A stretch of DNA of 63,520 nt, taken from a virus. The position numbers and the translations under genes are program-made. The notes under the pieces were generated by a model. It saw only the letters and a program-made list of their open reading frames with translations, ran no database searches and was not told the origin of the DNA. Below, piece by piece: positions 21,408-30,100 of the stretch. Numbering within the stretch: the first letter of the stretch is position 1; every line of letters starts with the position of its first letter. Location: positions 1 through 63,520 of the IMG/VR virus record IMGVR_UViG_3300030613_000001. One strand, 5' to 3'.

Positions 21408-22064
21408 ATGACAGATAACACAAAAGATTTCTATGCCCCGGATTGGCTCAAGCAGGTGCGGGGGGGATTGACAAAGGAGTTGTTTGCAAAGAATATAGGC
21501 GTAAGCGTCAGGCATTATTATAGATACGAAAGCGGAGAGCAGGTCGTACCTCAGAAGGTGGTCGATGCGGTCCTGCGCTACATACGCGACATGGAGCATG
21601 CCGTCGCTGAGCCGAAGGATGATTACGCCAAGCACGGCGGCCACAAGCCGGACTTCGAAAAGTCCATGGGGGTTGAGAAGAGCTCGGACGAGTGGGACGC
21701 GCTCGGCCTGCTCTACGAGATCGTCAAGGAGGGAGACCCCGCCTACCGCCGCGCCATCATGGCGAACCTCGTGGCCTTCAGCACGGCGATCCGCGAGCGC
21801 AAGAAGAGCGCTGGGCTTGAATCCGAAGTTGCGGGGATGAAGGCCGAGCAGGTGAAGACCGCCGGCGAGATGGAAAAACTACGGCAGGAACTATCAGAGC
21901 TGCGAGCTATCGTGCAGACTCACGCGCGCGAGGTCACATACACGGGCCCCGAACGGCGCCTCGGACCGGATCGGAGAATCGCGGACGGTGCAAGCCCGGA
22001 CGGAATCGAGCACCGCAGCGGCCTCGAACGGCGAGCGGGAGGGGGCGACAACGGCCCCGCCTGA
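21408..22064 (+). CDS. CI-like repressor: N-terminal XRE HTH plus coiled-coil, Arg/Gly-rich C-terminus (218 aa)
   Basis: LTKELFAKNIGVSVRHYYRYESGEQVVPQKVV is an HTH_3; position and divergence from the Cro-like gene. Confidence 0.7.
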   Translation: MTDNTKDFYAPDWLKQVRGGLTKELFAKNIGVSVRHYYRYESGEQVVPQKVVDAVLRYIRDMEHAVAEPKDDYAKHGGHKPDFEKSMGVEKSSDEWDALGLLYEIVKEGDPAYRRAIMANLVAFSTAIRERKKSAGLESEVAGMKAEQVKTAGEMEKLRQELSELRAIVQTHAREVTYTGPERRLGPDRRIADGASPDGIEHRSGLERRAGGGDNGPA

Positions 22065-22081
22065 AACGAAGGAAGGATAGT

Positions 22082-22825
22082 ATGAATTCGACTCAAAAGG
22101 TCATACTGTTTGCTGTTGCGGCTGTTATTACAGCGATGTTGGCGTATCCCCCTTTTCAGGTCATCGACAAACTCAATGTCACTCACAACATGGGATACAG
22201 CTGGCTTCTTGAGCCGCCCAGAAGGCTTGGCATTTCCGCAACCGTCAACAGCCAAATGCTCATGGTGCAGATAATCGCTGTCGCTTTTCTTGGCGGCATA
22301 CTTTTTCTTGCTTCTAAAACCATTAAGAAAAAACCTTCCGAATCTGCTTCGCCCACCACAGATGCGAGCAATAGTTTGCCTTGCGGCATTGGGGGATGGC
22401 TTCTTTTTCTATGTATATCGTTGACGATAATCACCCCTGCTTACGCGGCGCTCAGTCTATTTATGTTCTGGCGAGAAGTCTCCCCATTCTTCTCGAACAA
22501 CCCTGATTTACGCACCGCATTTCATTTTTTTGTAGCTGGATCTGTTTTTGTATGCGGGTATGGGGTCTACGCCGGATACCGGCTGTGGGTGCTTAAGTCT
22601 GATGCCGTAGCGAAAGCAAAGACATATTTGTGGATTTCTCTTTGCTTTTCAGTTTTTGGAACAATAGCCTTCATAGTCATGGCAGATTTGCCCACCACAG
22701 GAGCCCTTGCATATCTGCAAACCGCCGGAATCAAAGACGTGCTCAAAGGCTTCATCCCGTTTGCCATTTGGTATGCATATCTTAAATCCTCCAAAAGGGT
22801 GCGGAACACTTATCCGTTGCTTTAA
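22082..22825 (+). CDS. Multi-pass inner-membrane protein (247 aa); moron or superinfection-exclusion candidate
   Basis: Five or more hydrophobic segments; visibly AT-richer than the genome; sits between the repressor and the integrase. Confidence 0.7.
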   Translation: MNSTQKVILFAVAAVITAMLAYPPFQVIDKLNVTHNMGYSWLLEPPRRLGISATVNSQMLMVQIIAVAFLGGILFLASKTIKKKPSESASPTTDASNSLPCGIGGWLLFLCISLTIITPAYAALSLFMFWREVSPFFSNNPDLRTAFHFFVAGSVFVCGYGVYAGYRLWVLKSDAVAKAKTYLWISLCFSVFGTIAFIVMADLPTTGALAYLQTAGIKDVLKGFIPFAIWYAYLKSSKRVRNTYPLL

Positions 22826-22836
22826 AAATATCCCCC

Positions 22837-23937
22837 ATGGCCATAACCCAACTCAAAGACGGCCGCTGGCAGTGCTACTACCGCGCCAAACGCCCGGACG
22901 GCAGGCCCTACCTGCGCCGCGAATACTTCGGCCGGGGACCGGAGGGCGAGTCCGCCGCCCGCGAGCATGAGCGGGGACTGAACCTCAAACCGCGGCGGCC
23001 GGCGGCGGCCCGCGAAGGCCCCACTTTCGCCGAGATCGCCCGCGCCTACTTCACCGCCCACCAGTTCGCCTCGGCAAACACCCGCAACCAGCACCGCATC
23101 CGCATGGCGGGCATGCTGTTGCCGTTCTTCGGACCCAAGCCGGCCACCCGCGTGAACGACGCGGACATGGAGCGCTATATCGCCTGGCGGCGGTCCTCGC
23201 CGCGAAAAAAGAACCGGAAGACCGCCATCAGCTACAGCACCATCCGCCGCGAGCTCGCGGATCTCAAGGCCATCTTCAGCTTCGCCGCCCGGCGGAGGCC
23301 GGCGCTCATCGCCTTCAATCCGATCCGGGACTTCCGCCTGCCGCGCGAGGACCGCGAGGTGATCCTGCCGCCGACGCTACAGGAATTCGCCGCCATTCTA
23401 TCCGCGGCCCCCGAGCACCTGCGCCGCGTCTGCCTCATCGCCTACTACGTCGGTCTGCGGCCGGGCCCCGTCGAGCTTTACCGCCTGCGCTGGGAACGGG
23501 TGGATTGGTCGACCGGCACCATCCTGATTGCGAGCGCAAAAAAGGGCGGACCGGTCGCGCGCAGCGTCCCGATCCACCCCGATTTTTTACCAATCCTGAA
23601 GGCCTGGCACACGGCCGACCAGTCGCAAAACAGGCCCTGGCTCATTCATTGGGCCGGAAAGCCCGTCGCCAAGATCGCTTGCACCTGGAATGCCACCCTG
23701 AAGCGCGTCGGCATCACCCGCCACCTGCGCCCCTACGACCTGCGCCACCTCTTCATCACCCAGGCGCTCGAAAGGGGCGCCGACATCGGCGCTCTATCCG
23801 CCGTAGCCGGCTCCGACCCGCAAACCCTGCGCAAATCCTACCAGCACGTCGCCATCCCCATGCTGCACCGCACCATCAACCTGATCCCGGCCTTGGTGAT
23901 ACCTGCTCCTAATTTATCATCAAATAAAACAAAATAA
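22837..23937 (+). CDS. int: Tyrosine integrase (full-length, 366 aa)
   Basis: N-terminal arm/core-binding region (AITQLKDGRWQCYYR), GLRPGPVELYRLRW (Arg I), LRPYDLRHLFIT (H-x-x-R), SDPQTLRKSYQHV (Tyr). Confidence 0.9.
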   Translation: MAITQLKDGRWQCYYRAKRPDGRPYLRREYFGRGPEGESAAREHERGLNLKPRRPAAAREGPTFAEIARAYFTAHQFASANTRNQHRIRMAGMLLPFFGPKPATRVNDADMERYIAWRRSSPRKKNRKTAISYSTIRRELADLKAIFSFAARRRPALIAFNPIRDFRLPREDREVILPPTLQEFAAILSAAPEHLRRVCLIAYYVGLRPGPVELYRLRWERVDWSTGTILIASAKKGGPVARSVPIHPDFLPILKAWHTADQSQNRPWLIHWAGKPVAKIACTWNATLKRVGITRHLRPYDLRHLFITQALERGADIGALSAVAGSDPQTLRKSYQHVAIPMLHRTINLIPALVIPAPNLSSNKTK

Positions 23938-24068
23938 CAAAGCGTAATAATTGACTATATTATTATATCACAACCCCAGGTAGGCGGCCTGGAGTCCAAT
24001 AAAATCAATCGTCTTCACGCTTTTTATGGTGATATATTCGTATCACAAACACGCCGATCACGTTTCGC
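23938..24068. other. AT-rich region downstream of int; candidate attP
   Basis: Non-coding and AT-rich; direct repeats TATCACAA at 23966 and 24041. Location next to int is typical for attP, but no tRNA fragment was recognised. Confidence 0.25.
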
Positions 24069-24299
24069 CTACCCATCGAAGGACACCATCAGGTCCCAGT
24101 CGGAAAGCTGCGGCACGGCGCCACAGCTTCGAACAAGTCCCACCGGCGCCGCCGCGTATGCAGTTCCGCCAGTCTGCTTCAGATAATCCACTCCGTCCAG
24201 AAAAGCAAGCCGGCGGGCGCACCTGCGACATTGCCGGCCGTTCTTGTCATCATGCTCAAGGGTGCAGCCGAAGCACGGCGACCGCTGACCGACCGGCAT
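24069..24299 (-). CDS. Cys4 zinc-ribbon protein (76 aa), paralogous to the N-terminus of 8864..9487
   Basis: SPCFGCTLEHDDKNGRQCRRCARRLAFLDG versus SPCLGCRHELADKNNSTCVRCAKRVAYVHG. Confidence 0.65.
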   Translation of the reverse strand: MPVGQRSPCFGCTLEHDDKNGRQCRRCARRLAFLDGVDYLKQTGGTAYAAAPVGLVRSCGAVPQLSDWDLMVSFDG

Positions 24300-24300
24300 C

Positions 24301-24648
24301 TCACTTGGTGCCTTCAGGCGGAGGGTCCGCAGGTGCCGCCAGTTTCGCCCTTGCAGCCGCCGCCAGAGCCTCCAGGGCCTTGAATTTCAACTGGGTGCGG
24401 CCCAGGGTATAGCCCTTGGTGGCATCCACAGCCTTGCCGCCCACAACGATTCCGCCGATAATTGTCACCCCTTTGATCGCCAGCAGCACGAGCGCCTGCA
24501 CCGACTCGGGCAGATTGGCTATCGCCTGCTTGATCAGGTCAATCGTCTCCTGATCCATCACCCCGAACAGCAGCGCAATCACTACGCCATAGGGCCCAAG
24601 GCTGTTCAGCCAGAACTCGGTGGACTGGTAACCTTTTTTGTTCTCCAT
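24301..24648 (-). CDS. Holin-like membrane protein (115 aa)
   Basis: Two hydrophobic segments (GVVIALLFGVM; AIKGVTIIGGIVVGG), charged C-terminus, immediately downstream of the endolysin. Confidence 0.5.
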   Translation of the reverse strand: MENKKGYQSTEFWLNSLGPYGVVIALLFGVMDQETIDLIKQAIANLPESVQALVLLAIKGVTIIGGIVVGGKAVDATKGYTLGRTQLKFKALEALAAAARAKLAAPADPPPEGTK

Positions 24649-24666
24649 GTTTCCCCTTCTCTCCTT

Positions 24667-25038
24667 TTAGCTTTTATAGGTCCAAACGACATCCTGCGGC
24701 AGGTGTACTGCCACGTCGGCATGGATGAAATTCGCCCCGAGGCCAATCCTGCGGAAGCGGGCTCCCATCAGCCCGGCCAGGATGTAATACCGCTGCGCGG
24801 AATTCCCGGCACTGATGTCCACTGCCTCGCCGGTCAGGTGCGCCGACTGGTCCTTTCCGCCCTCGGACTGGTTGTGCCGGGGACAGCGGCAGGCCGACCG
24901 GATCCCGAACGGCACGCCGGCCAGGTGCCGGGCCAGGTTCAGGCGCCGCACCAGCTCCGGGCTCACCGAATCGAATCCGCAGCCGCACCTGCAGGCCCAT
25001 GGCCGCTCCGGAAAATAGTCCTTTATGCCTTCTTCCAT
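24667..25038 (-). CDS. Peptidase M15-family cell-wall hydrolase (endolysin candidate, 123 aa)
   Basis: RSACRCPRHNQSEGG...SAHLTGEAVDI...FIHADV: the H/D/H zinc ligand pattern of M15A/YcbK-like D-Ala-D-Ala peptidases. Confidence 0.75.
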   Translation of the reverse strand: MEEGIKDYFPERPWACRCGCGFDSVSPELVRRLNLARHLAGVPFGIRSACRCPRHNQSEGGKDQSAHLTGEAVDISAGNSAQRYYILAGLMGARFRRIGLGANFIHADVAVHLPQDVVWTYKS

Positions 25039-25048
25039 GACCTTTCTC

Positions 25049-25324
25049 CTATTTCCCCAGCCCGAGGGTGGTCAACACCGCCGTAACGGCCCCGGATATC
25101 ACCGCGATGGTCTTGTCCCACCATCTGCGTCTCTCTAACTTGCAGAATCTGGCTTCGCAGGTCTTGCGGTGTTGGATGAAAGTGTCGTACATGATCCATG
25201 AGCGCTCCACCTCGGAGAACTCCTTCCACCGCTCCTCGCTGATCATGAATTCGCCGTTTGCCAATATCCTGCCCCCCTCTGGCCTTGGATTTTTCTCCGT
25301 GATGCCCTGGTCAATAACCATCAT
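25049..25324 (-). CDS. Hypothetical protein with a C-terminal TM anchor (91 aa)
   Basis: ATG-initiated track ORF; C-terminus KTIAVISGAVTAVLTTLGLGK. Confidence 0.6.
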   Translation of the reverse strand: MMVIDQGITEKNPRPEGGRILANGEFMISEERWKEFSEVERSWIMYDTFIQHRKTCEARFCKLERRRWWDKTIAVISGAVTAVLTTLGLGK

Positions 25325-25350
25325 TTCTTCTTCGCCTTTTCCCGGGCGTA

Positions 25351-25470
25351 GTCATACATGCCGTATCACTGCCCGGCGGCCTGCTTTTGCGTCTTGCCCT
25401 CTTTGATTACCTGCGGGATGCACCGGTCGACGTACTTTTTTTGGCTTTCGCGTTTGCGGGGCTCGGGCAT
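25351..25470 (-). CDS. Possible micro-protein (39 aa; not in ORF track)
   Basis: AAGGAGGCGATAA then ATG 25470; hand translation MPEPRKRESQKKYVDRCIPQVIKEGKTQKQGRRAVIRHV. Confidence 0.35.
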
Positions 25471-25824
25471 TTATCGCCTCCTTTTCTTTCTCGGAACATA
25501 TGTCCTTGTTCCAACATGCCAGATATCGCGTTTTTTAATTCGATCATAAACACGATATTCAGTAGGCTTGTGCGAGCCATCGGTAGATAAGGTCTCGTAA
25601 CCTCTTGGAATATAATTTGACCACATCATCCAAAGATCCCACTCGCCTGCCTTGTCCGTGAACATCGCGGACAGTCTCCAGGATAATGAAGGAGACTTTG
25701 AAAAGCACACATATGGCGGTTTCCACAGACCGCATTTCGACAGGTGGCCAGGGCACAAGCCGTATTTCAGTATGCTTTTGCGGCGGCAAACCGGCGACCA
25801 GTGAAATAGCAGGAATGGTTTCAT
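25471..25824 (-). CDS. Hypothetical basic protein (117 aa)
   Basis: ATG 25824; AT-richer segment; C-terminal KKRRR. Confidence 0.55.
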   Translation of the reverse strand: MKPFLLFHWSPVCRRKSILKYGLCPGHLSKCGLWKPPYVCFSKSPSLSWRLSAMFTDKAGEWDLWMMWSNYIPRGYETLSTDGSHKPTEYRVYDRIKKRDIWHVGTRTYVPRKKRRR

Positions 25825-25828
25825 CCAA

Positions 25829-26317
25829 TCACGCCGCCGCCTGCTCCCGCCGGGCATGGCGCTCGCGCAACCGGTCCCAGGTCGATATCTCCATGCGCCG
25901 CCAGTTGGCGCCGATCGCCGATTCCGCCAGCCGATACTTCACGTTCTCGACCTGGTACCGCTCCCAGGTCTTCCAGCCGCCGATCCGCACTCCGCGGTAG
26001 GCCGCCCAGCGCTTCCACGAGGCGATCTTTTCGGTTTCCATTCCGGCAGAGAATGCCAGGTCGCAGAACTGCTGGTCCCGGTAGCACGTGAAATACAGAA
26101 AATCGTGCAGCACGGGAGCACGTCCAAGCTCGTAGGGGTCGAGGATCACCCACAGGAATCCCGGTATCGATGCGAAATCGGTCCAGAAGCCGACCGGAAC
26201 GACTATCTCGACCTCATCCACCATGACCCGCAGCGGCTTCTCCAGCGTCCAGCGCCGGCCCTTGTCCGGGTTGGTGTGATACCGCGTCACGAGCTCATCC
26301 ATGAATACGACGTTCAT
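25829..26317 (-). CDS. DUF1353-like phage protein (162 aa)
   Basis: GFWTDFASIPGFLW...APVLHDFLY pattern typical of that family. Confidence 0.6.
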   Translation of the reverse strand: MNVVFMDELVTRYHTNPDKGRRWTLEKPLRVMVDEVEIVVPVGFWTDFASIPGFLWVILDPYELGRAPVLHDFLYFTCYRDQQFCDLAFSAGMETEKIASWKRWAAYRGVRIGGWKTWERYQVENVKYRLAESAIGANWRRMEISTWDRLRERHARREQAAA

Positions 26318-26544
26318 TAGGATCGCCTTCCTTTCGCATAGTCCGACTCCGGATAAAGCATCCGGGCCTTGTGGTCCAGCCACCGGGCCGCTTCGTCCAT
26401 TTCGCCGATCCCGAAGCGGCGGTTATCCAGGGTCAAGTTACCGCCGCCGCCAAGCCACACCTCGATCCCATCCTCGCGTGACATCTGCATGCCGCAACTG
26501 ATCTCGCTTGCATGCAACCCCATCAGCACGGTGGCCAAGTCCAT
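26317..26544 (-). CDS. Hypothetical protein (75 aa)
   Basis: GGGAGGA SD before ATG 26544; a REP-like copy lies just upstream of the SD. Confidence 0.6.
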   Translation of the reverse strand: MDLATVLMGLHASEISCGMQMSREDGIEVWLGGGGNLTLDNRRFGIGEMDEAARWLDHKARMLYPESDYAKGRRS

Positions 26545-26560
26545 CAGCGATCCTCCCGTT

Positions 26561-26584
26561 GTGGGAGCGGCTTCCAGCCGCGAT
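26561..26584 (+). repeat. REP-like element, copy 5 (intergenic)
   Basis: Consensus sequence between the lipoprotein stop (26591) and the SD of 26317..26544. Confidence 0.9.
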
Positions 26585-26590
26585 TTTTCT

Positions 26591-26749
26591 TCAGAACTGG
26601 CTTGCGGAAATGAAGCAATACAAAAACGGCTGCAGATACCACGGGATGTCGGGGAACCCGTGCGCCAGCGGCACGGGAGCATTGAAAAACCGGCATCCGC
26701 CCACAACCACCACGGCAGCCACGGCAGCCACCAGCAGATACTTCTTCAT
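26591..26749 (-). CDS. Small lipoprotein (52 aa; not in ORF track); o-spanin candidate
   Basis: GGAGGGGAAAG SD, ATG 26749; MKKYLLVAAVAAVVVVGGC lipobox-like signal; stop at 26591..26593. Confidence 0.5.
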   Translation of the reverse strand: MKKYLLVAAVAAVVVVGGCRFFNAPVPLAHGFPDIPWYLQPFLYCFISASQF

Positions 26750-26764
26750 CTTTCCCCTCCTTTC

Positions 26765-27124
26765 TTAGTACGGCCCGGGCGGGGATATGCTAAGCCCATG
26801 CGGCGTGGATAATATGCTGTGACGCCGCCCCGGCCACACGAAAGTCAGGTGCGATCCAGGGAGCACATAGGCTGCCCCGTCCTCGAATTTAACGGTCGTA
26901 ACATCCCCGCCGGCGAGCGAATATTCGACATTGCTAACCACGCCCGTGTGCACCACGTTCGCGCCCGCCGAAACCGGCTCCGATACGGCCGCCGGCGCAG
27001 TGACTTCCGGCTCCGAAAACACCTCGAGTACCGCGCTCATCCCTCCCAGAACGAAAATCACGGCCACGGTAATAATAGTTGCAATGCTGGTGAAGACCTC
27101 TCCGCGATTGTCACCGATTCTCAT
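26765..27124 (-). CDS. N-terminally anchored membrane protein (119 aa); weak i-spanin candidate
   Basis: ATG 27124 overlaps the giant-gene stop (ATGA); TM segment FTSIATIITVAVIFVLGGMSAVL. Confidence 0.55.
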   Translation of the reverse strand: MRIGDNRGEVFTSIATIITVAVIFVLGGMSAVLEVFSEPEVTAPAAVSEPVSAGANVVHTGVVSNVEYSLAGGDVTTVKFEDGAAYVLPGSHLTFVWPGRRHSILSTPHGLSISPPGPY

Positions 27125-30100
27125 GGCGTCCTCCTTTTGTAGGCTTCCTTGTACCACTTGCCCGCCCGCTTCACCGTCTCCCGGTCCTCGGAAGAAAGCG
27201 AGTTATAGAACTTCGTGCGGTACTTTTTCGGCAACGCCGCCAGCGGGTTGGCGCGGTCCACCGACATTTTCAACCCCTTCATGTTGCCGCCCAGCTCCTT
27301 GTACTTCTTGAGATACCGGGCGGCCGCCTCGGCATCCCCGTACTTTAGCGCGGTTTTGTACCAGTAAAGCGCGTTGCCCCGATCGGTGGGCTCGTGGAAT
27401 GGCCGCTCTATGTTCCGGTCCTCGAGGAACCGGGAAACCAGTTCGCGTGCTCCGTAATAGGCCGTCTCCCCCGGGTTCGCGCTGTAGGAAAACGTCCGCA
27501 TGATGTCGTCCCACACCTGGCCGGCCAGGTCCCCGCCTTTCATCGGGCGCCCAACGACGCGCCGGTAGAAGGATTCCAGGGACAGCATACGCGCCACGTA
27601 CTCGCCCTTGTCGCGGATCGGCCGCGGCCGCCAGAACTCGGGATAAACCGTACGTCCGGAAATAAGTTCCGCCCCGCCCTTGATGTCCGGCCGCATGCCC
27701 TGTATCAGTTTGTTCGCGGGTTCGGCAGCCGCCTCCCCCAGCCACCGGTAGACCGTCTTTTTCCCGGTGGCGAGATCCTTCATATCCTCCGGGAAATCGT
27801 GTAGGTTGAACCAGCTCAATGCGTCGGAGAGCGCCCCCTGCAGGCGCAGGCTTATGATCGACCCGTCCGACCGCCGCCCCAGAATCAGGTGCATCTGCCG
27901 GCGGCCCTCTTCGCCCAGCTCGTCCTCCTCGTCCGGGAACATCAGCGCATTCCAGAGTGCGACTGCCCCGTAAATCATGAAAGCCTTGGCACCAAGGAAG
28001 GCCGCCTTCTTGCCGGCTACCGCCCCCATCAGCGCGACACGCCGGCCGGCCGGCTCGCCCTCCACCGCGATATTTCGCATCATCCGCCAGTAGCGCGGCG
28101 CGTTGATCTCCTGCCAGCTGTAAAACGGAATCAGCTTGCGCCGTAGCCAGCGCCCACCCTTGGAAAGCCCGCCATAGTCGCCCACCAGCTCGCGCGAGAG
28201 CAACCCCGCCTTGCGGTCGATCTCGTCGTTTGCGATCGCATCCACCTTCGACGGCAGACTCGCCCCATAGACCCGCTCGCCGGCGGCAACCCGTTCCTTG
28301 AAGTACCTGAAGGCGGCAAGCCGCAGCACGTTTTCCCGCCAGCTCGTGAAATTCTTGGAGCCGTGCCAGAATCGCGCAATCAAATCGATTGCCACGTTGT
28401 CGCGGGCACCCATTGCGCGCTCAAGCTGCCGGAATTCGGGAAGCTTGCCCACGTCCGGGATATCGTGGGCCGTGATCCCGCCGATCACCCCGTGCTGGAG
28501 TGCGGCCTTGAACTCGGCTTTAAGCTCCGGGCTCATCGACTTGTCGTAGTGGTAGGCCCATAGGTCGCGCATGGCGCGGCCGGCGTGCTTGAGGATCCTC
28601 GGATCGTAGGCAAGGGCGATGTCCAGATCGCCACTCAGGTTGTTCAGGTTGTACTTGACCACGCGAAGCGGGTTGATCAGGATCCAGCGCTTCCACATGT
28701 TGAGGGTGTTTTCCGCCAGGCCGCTCACCACGTTGTCCTTGCCCTTGCTCTGGAAGTCGGCACCGTCCATCACCTCGGCGAGCTCGGCCGGAATCACCCA
28801 GCGCACGTCGGCACCGCGCGCGAGCACCGGTCGCGTGTCGCCGGACTCAAGCTGCCGGTTGCCTGCCAGCACCTCGCCCAGGATCTGGTCGTTGATGGAG
28901 TTCGTCATGTACCAGGCCGTCCCCGGCCGCGGCACCCACTCGGCCCATCCGGTCGATCCGGCCCGAGGTGCCAGTTGTTTCATCGTGTTGCGCCAGGTGA
29001 CATACCGGCGTCCGAGTGCCTGCTTCCTGAAGGCGCCTTTCTCGGTCGGGTCAAGCGCCTCGTACTGCTGCTTGAGTTGCGGATCGGATTTCAGCATGGC
29101 CTTGAACGCCGCCTTGTTCTGCCTGCGCGCCACGTTCCGCAACTGGGAGATGACGTTCGCGGACCGGCCGATATCGTCCAGCACCTTCTTCCTGGCCAGC
29201 CGCTCGTAGCCCTGCGCCAGCACCTGGAACTCGCTCTCGATGTACTTGGTGTTGTAGTCCTTGATCGACCCGGTGCGCGCGTACTGCCAGCCCGCCTTGC
29301 GTACCCGCACCTCGCCCGCCTCGACCCCGGCGGCGTGCTTGGCGTTGGCGTATTCGAGCACCTGGTGGTGAAAGTAGCGATCGTCGTCCAGCACACTCTC
29401 GGGCAGCATTTGCGCGTTGACCAACGCCTGCCGCAGTTTGCCCATTACCGCCTGGCGCCGGTTGAGCGCGTCCCGCACCTTGGGACGGGCGACCATGGCC
29501 GCGTCCACCTTGGCGATCGCGGCATCCACCTCGTCCTTGCTCTTGAACCCGAAGGCGATCTCGCCCTCCGCGTCCACGATCTCCCGCCAGCTCTCCAGCA
29601 CCCCGCCCGGCTCCATGTCGCGCGTCAGGTCGTCCAGCACGAGCTTCAGCCCGAACAGGTCATGCTCGGCGGCGGTCATGTTTTTCGGCTCCAGGATGTC
29701 CTTCAACTCCATGATGGCGCGGGCCTTGCCGTAGTCCCCGGCCTCCATGAATTCCCGCAACAGCACGTTTTCGCGGCCGAAACGCGCGTTCGGCATCTTG
29801 GGAAACATCCGGCCCGGAGTGAAGGTTGCCACGGCAAGCTTCGTTTTCTCTTTGATCGTTTCCAGCAGCTTCGTCCGTTCTATCTTGGAGGCGCGGTACC
29901 GCTCCGCCACCGCCGCCGGCAGCACGTCCGTCACGATGTCGTATTCCTCTTCCCCCGCTTTTGTGGGAGCGGCTTCCAGCCGCGATTCCTCTCGCGCCCG
30001 CAGCGCCCCCGCCTCGCGGTATCCCGGCCCGGCGGCGCGCTCGGCCGCCAATGTACCCTCCCCGCGCCGCTCATACACCCGGCCGCTCTCGATCTCCCGC

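Noticed and set aside
25325-25470. A possible in-frame TGA (readthrough or selenocysteine) in a small conserved phage protein
   Set aside because: Re-translating base by base showed that my first reading had dropped a G. The real frame gives a plain 39-aa ORF with no internal stop.
25471-25824. The N-terminal LLFHWSP...RKSILKYGL motif as an ADP-ribosyltransferase or DarT-like toxin
   Set aside because: There is only a vague resemblance to the H-containing first strand of ART folds. No convincing Y/E catalytic positions or partner antitoxin are present, so it is left as hypothetical.
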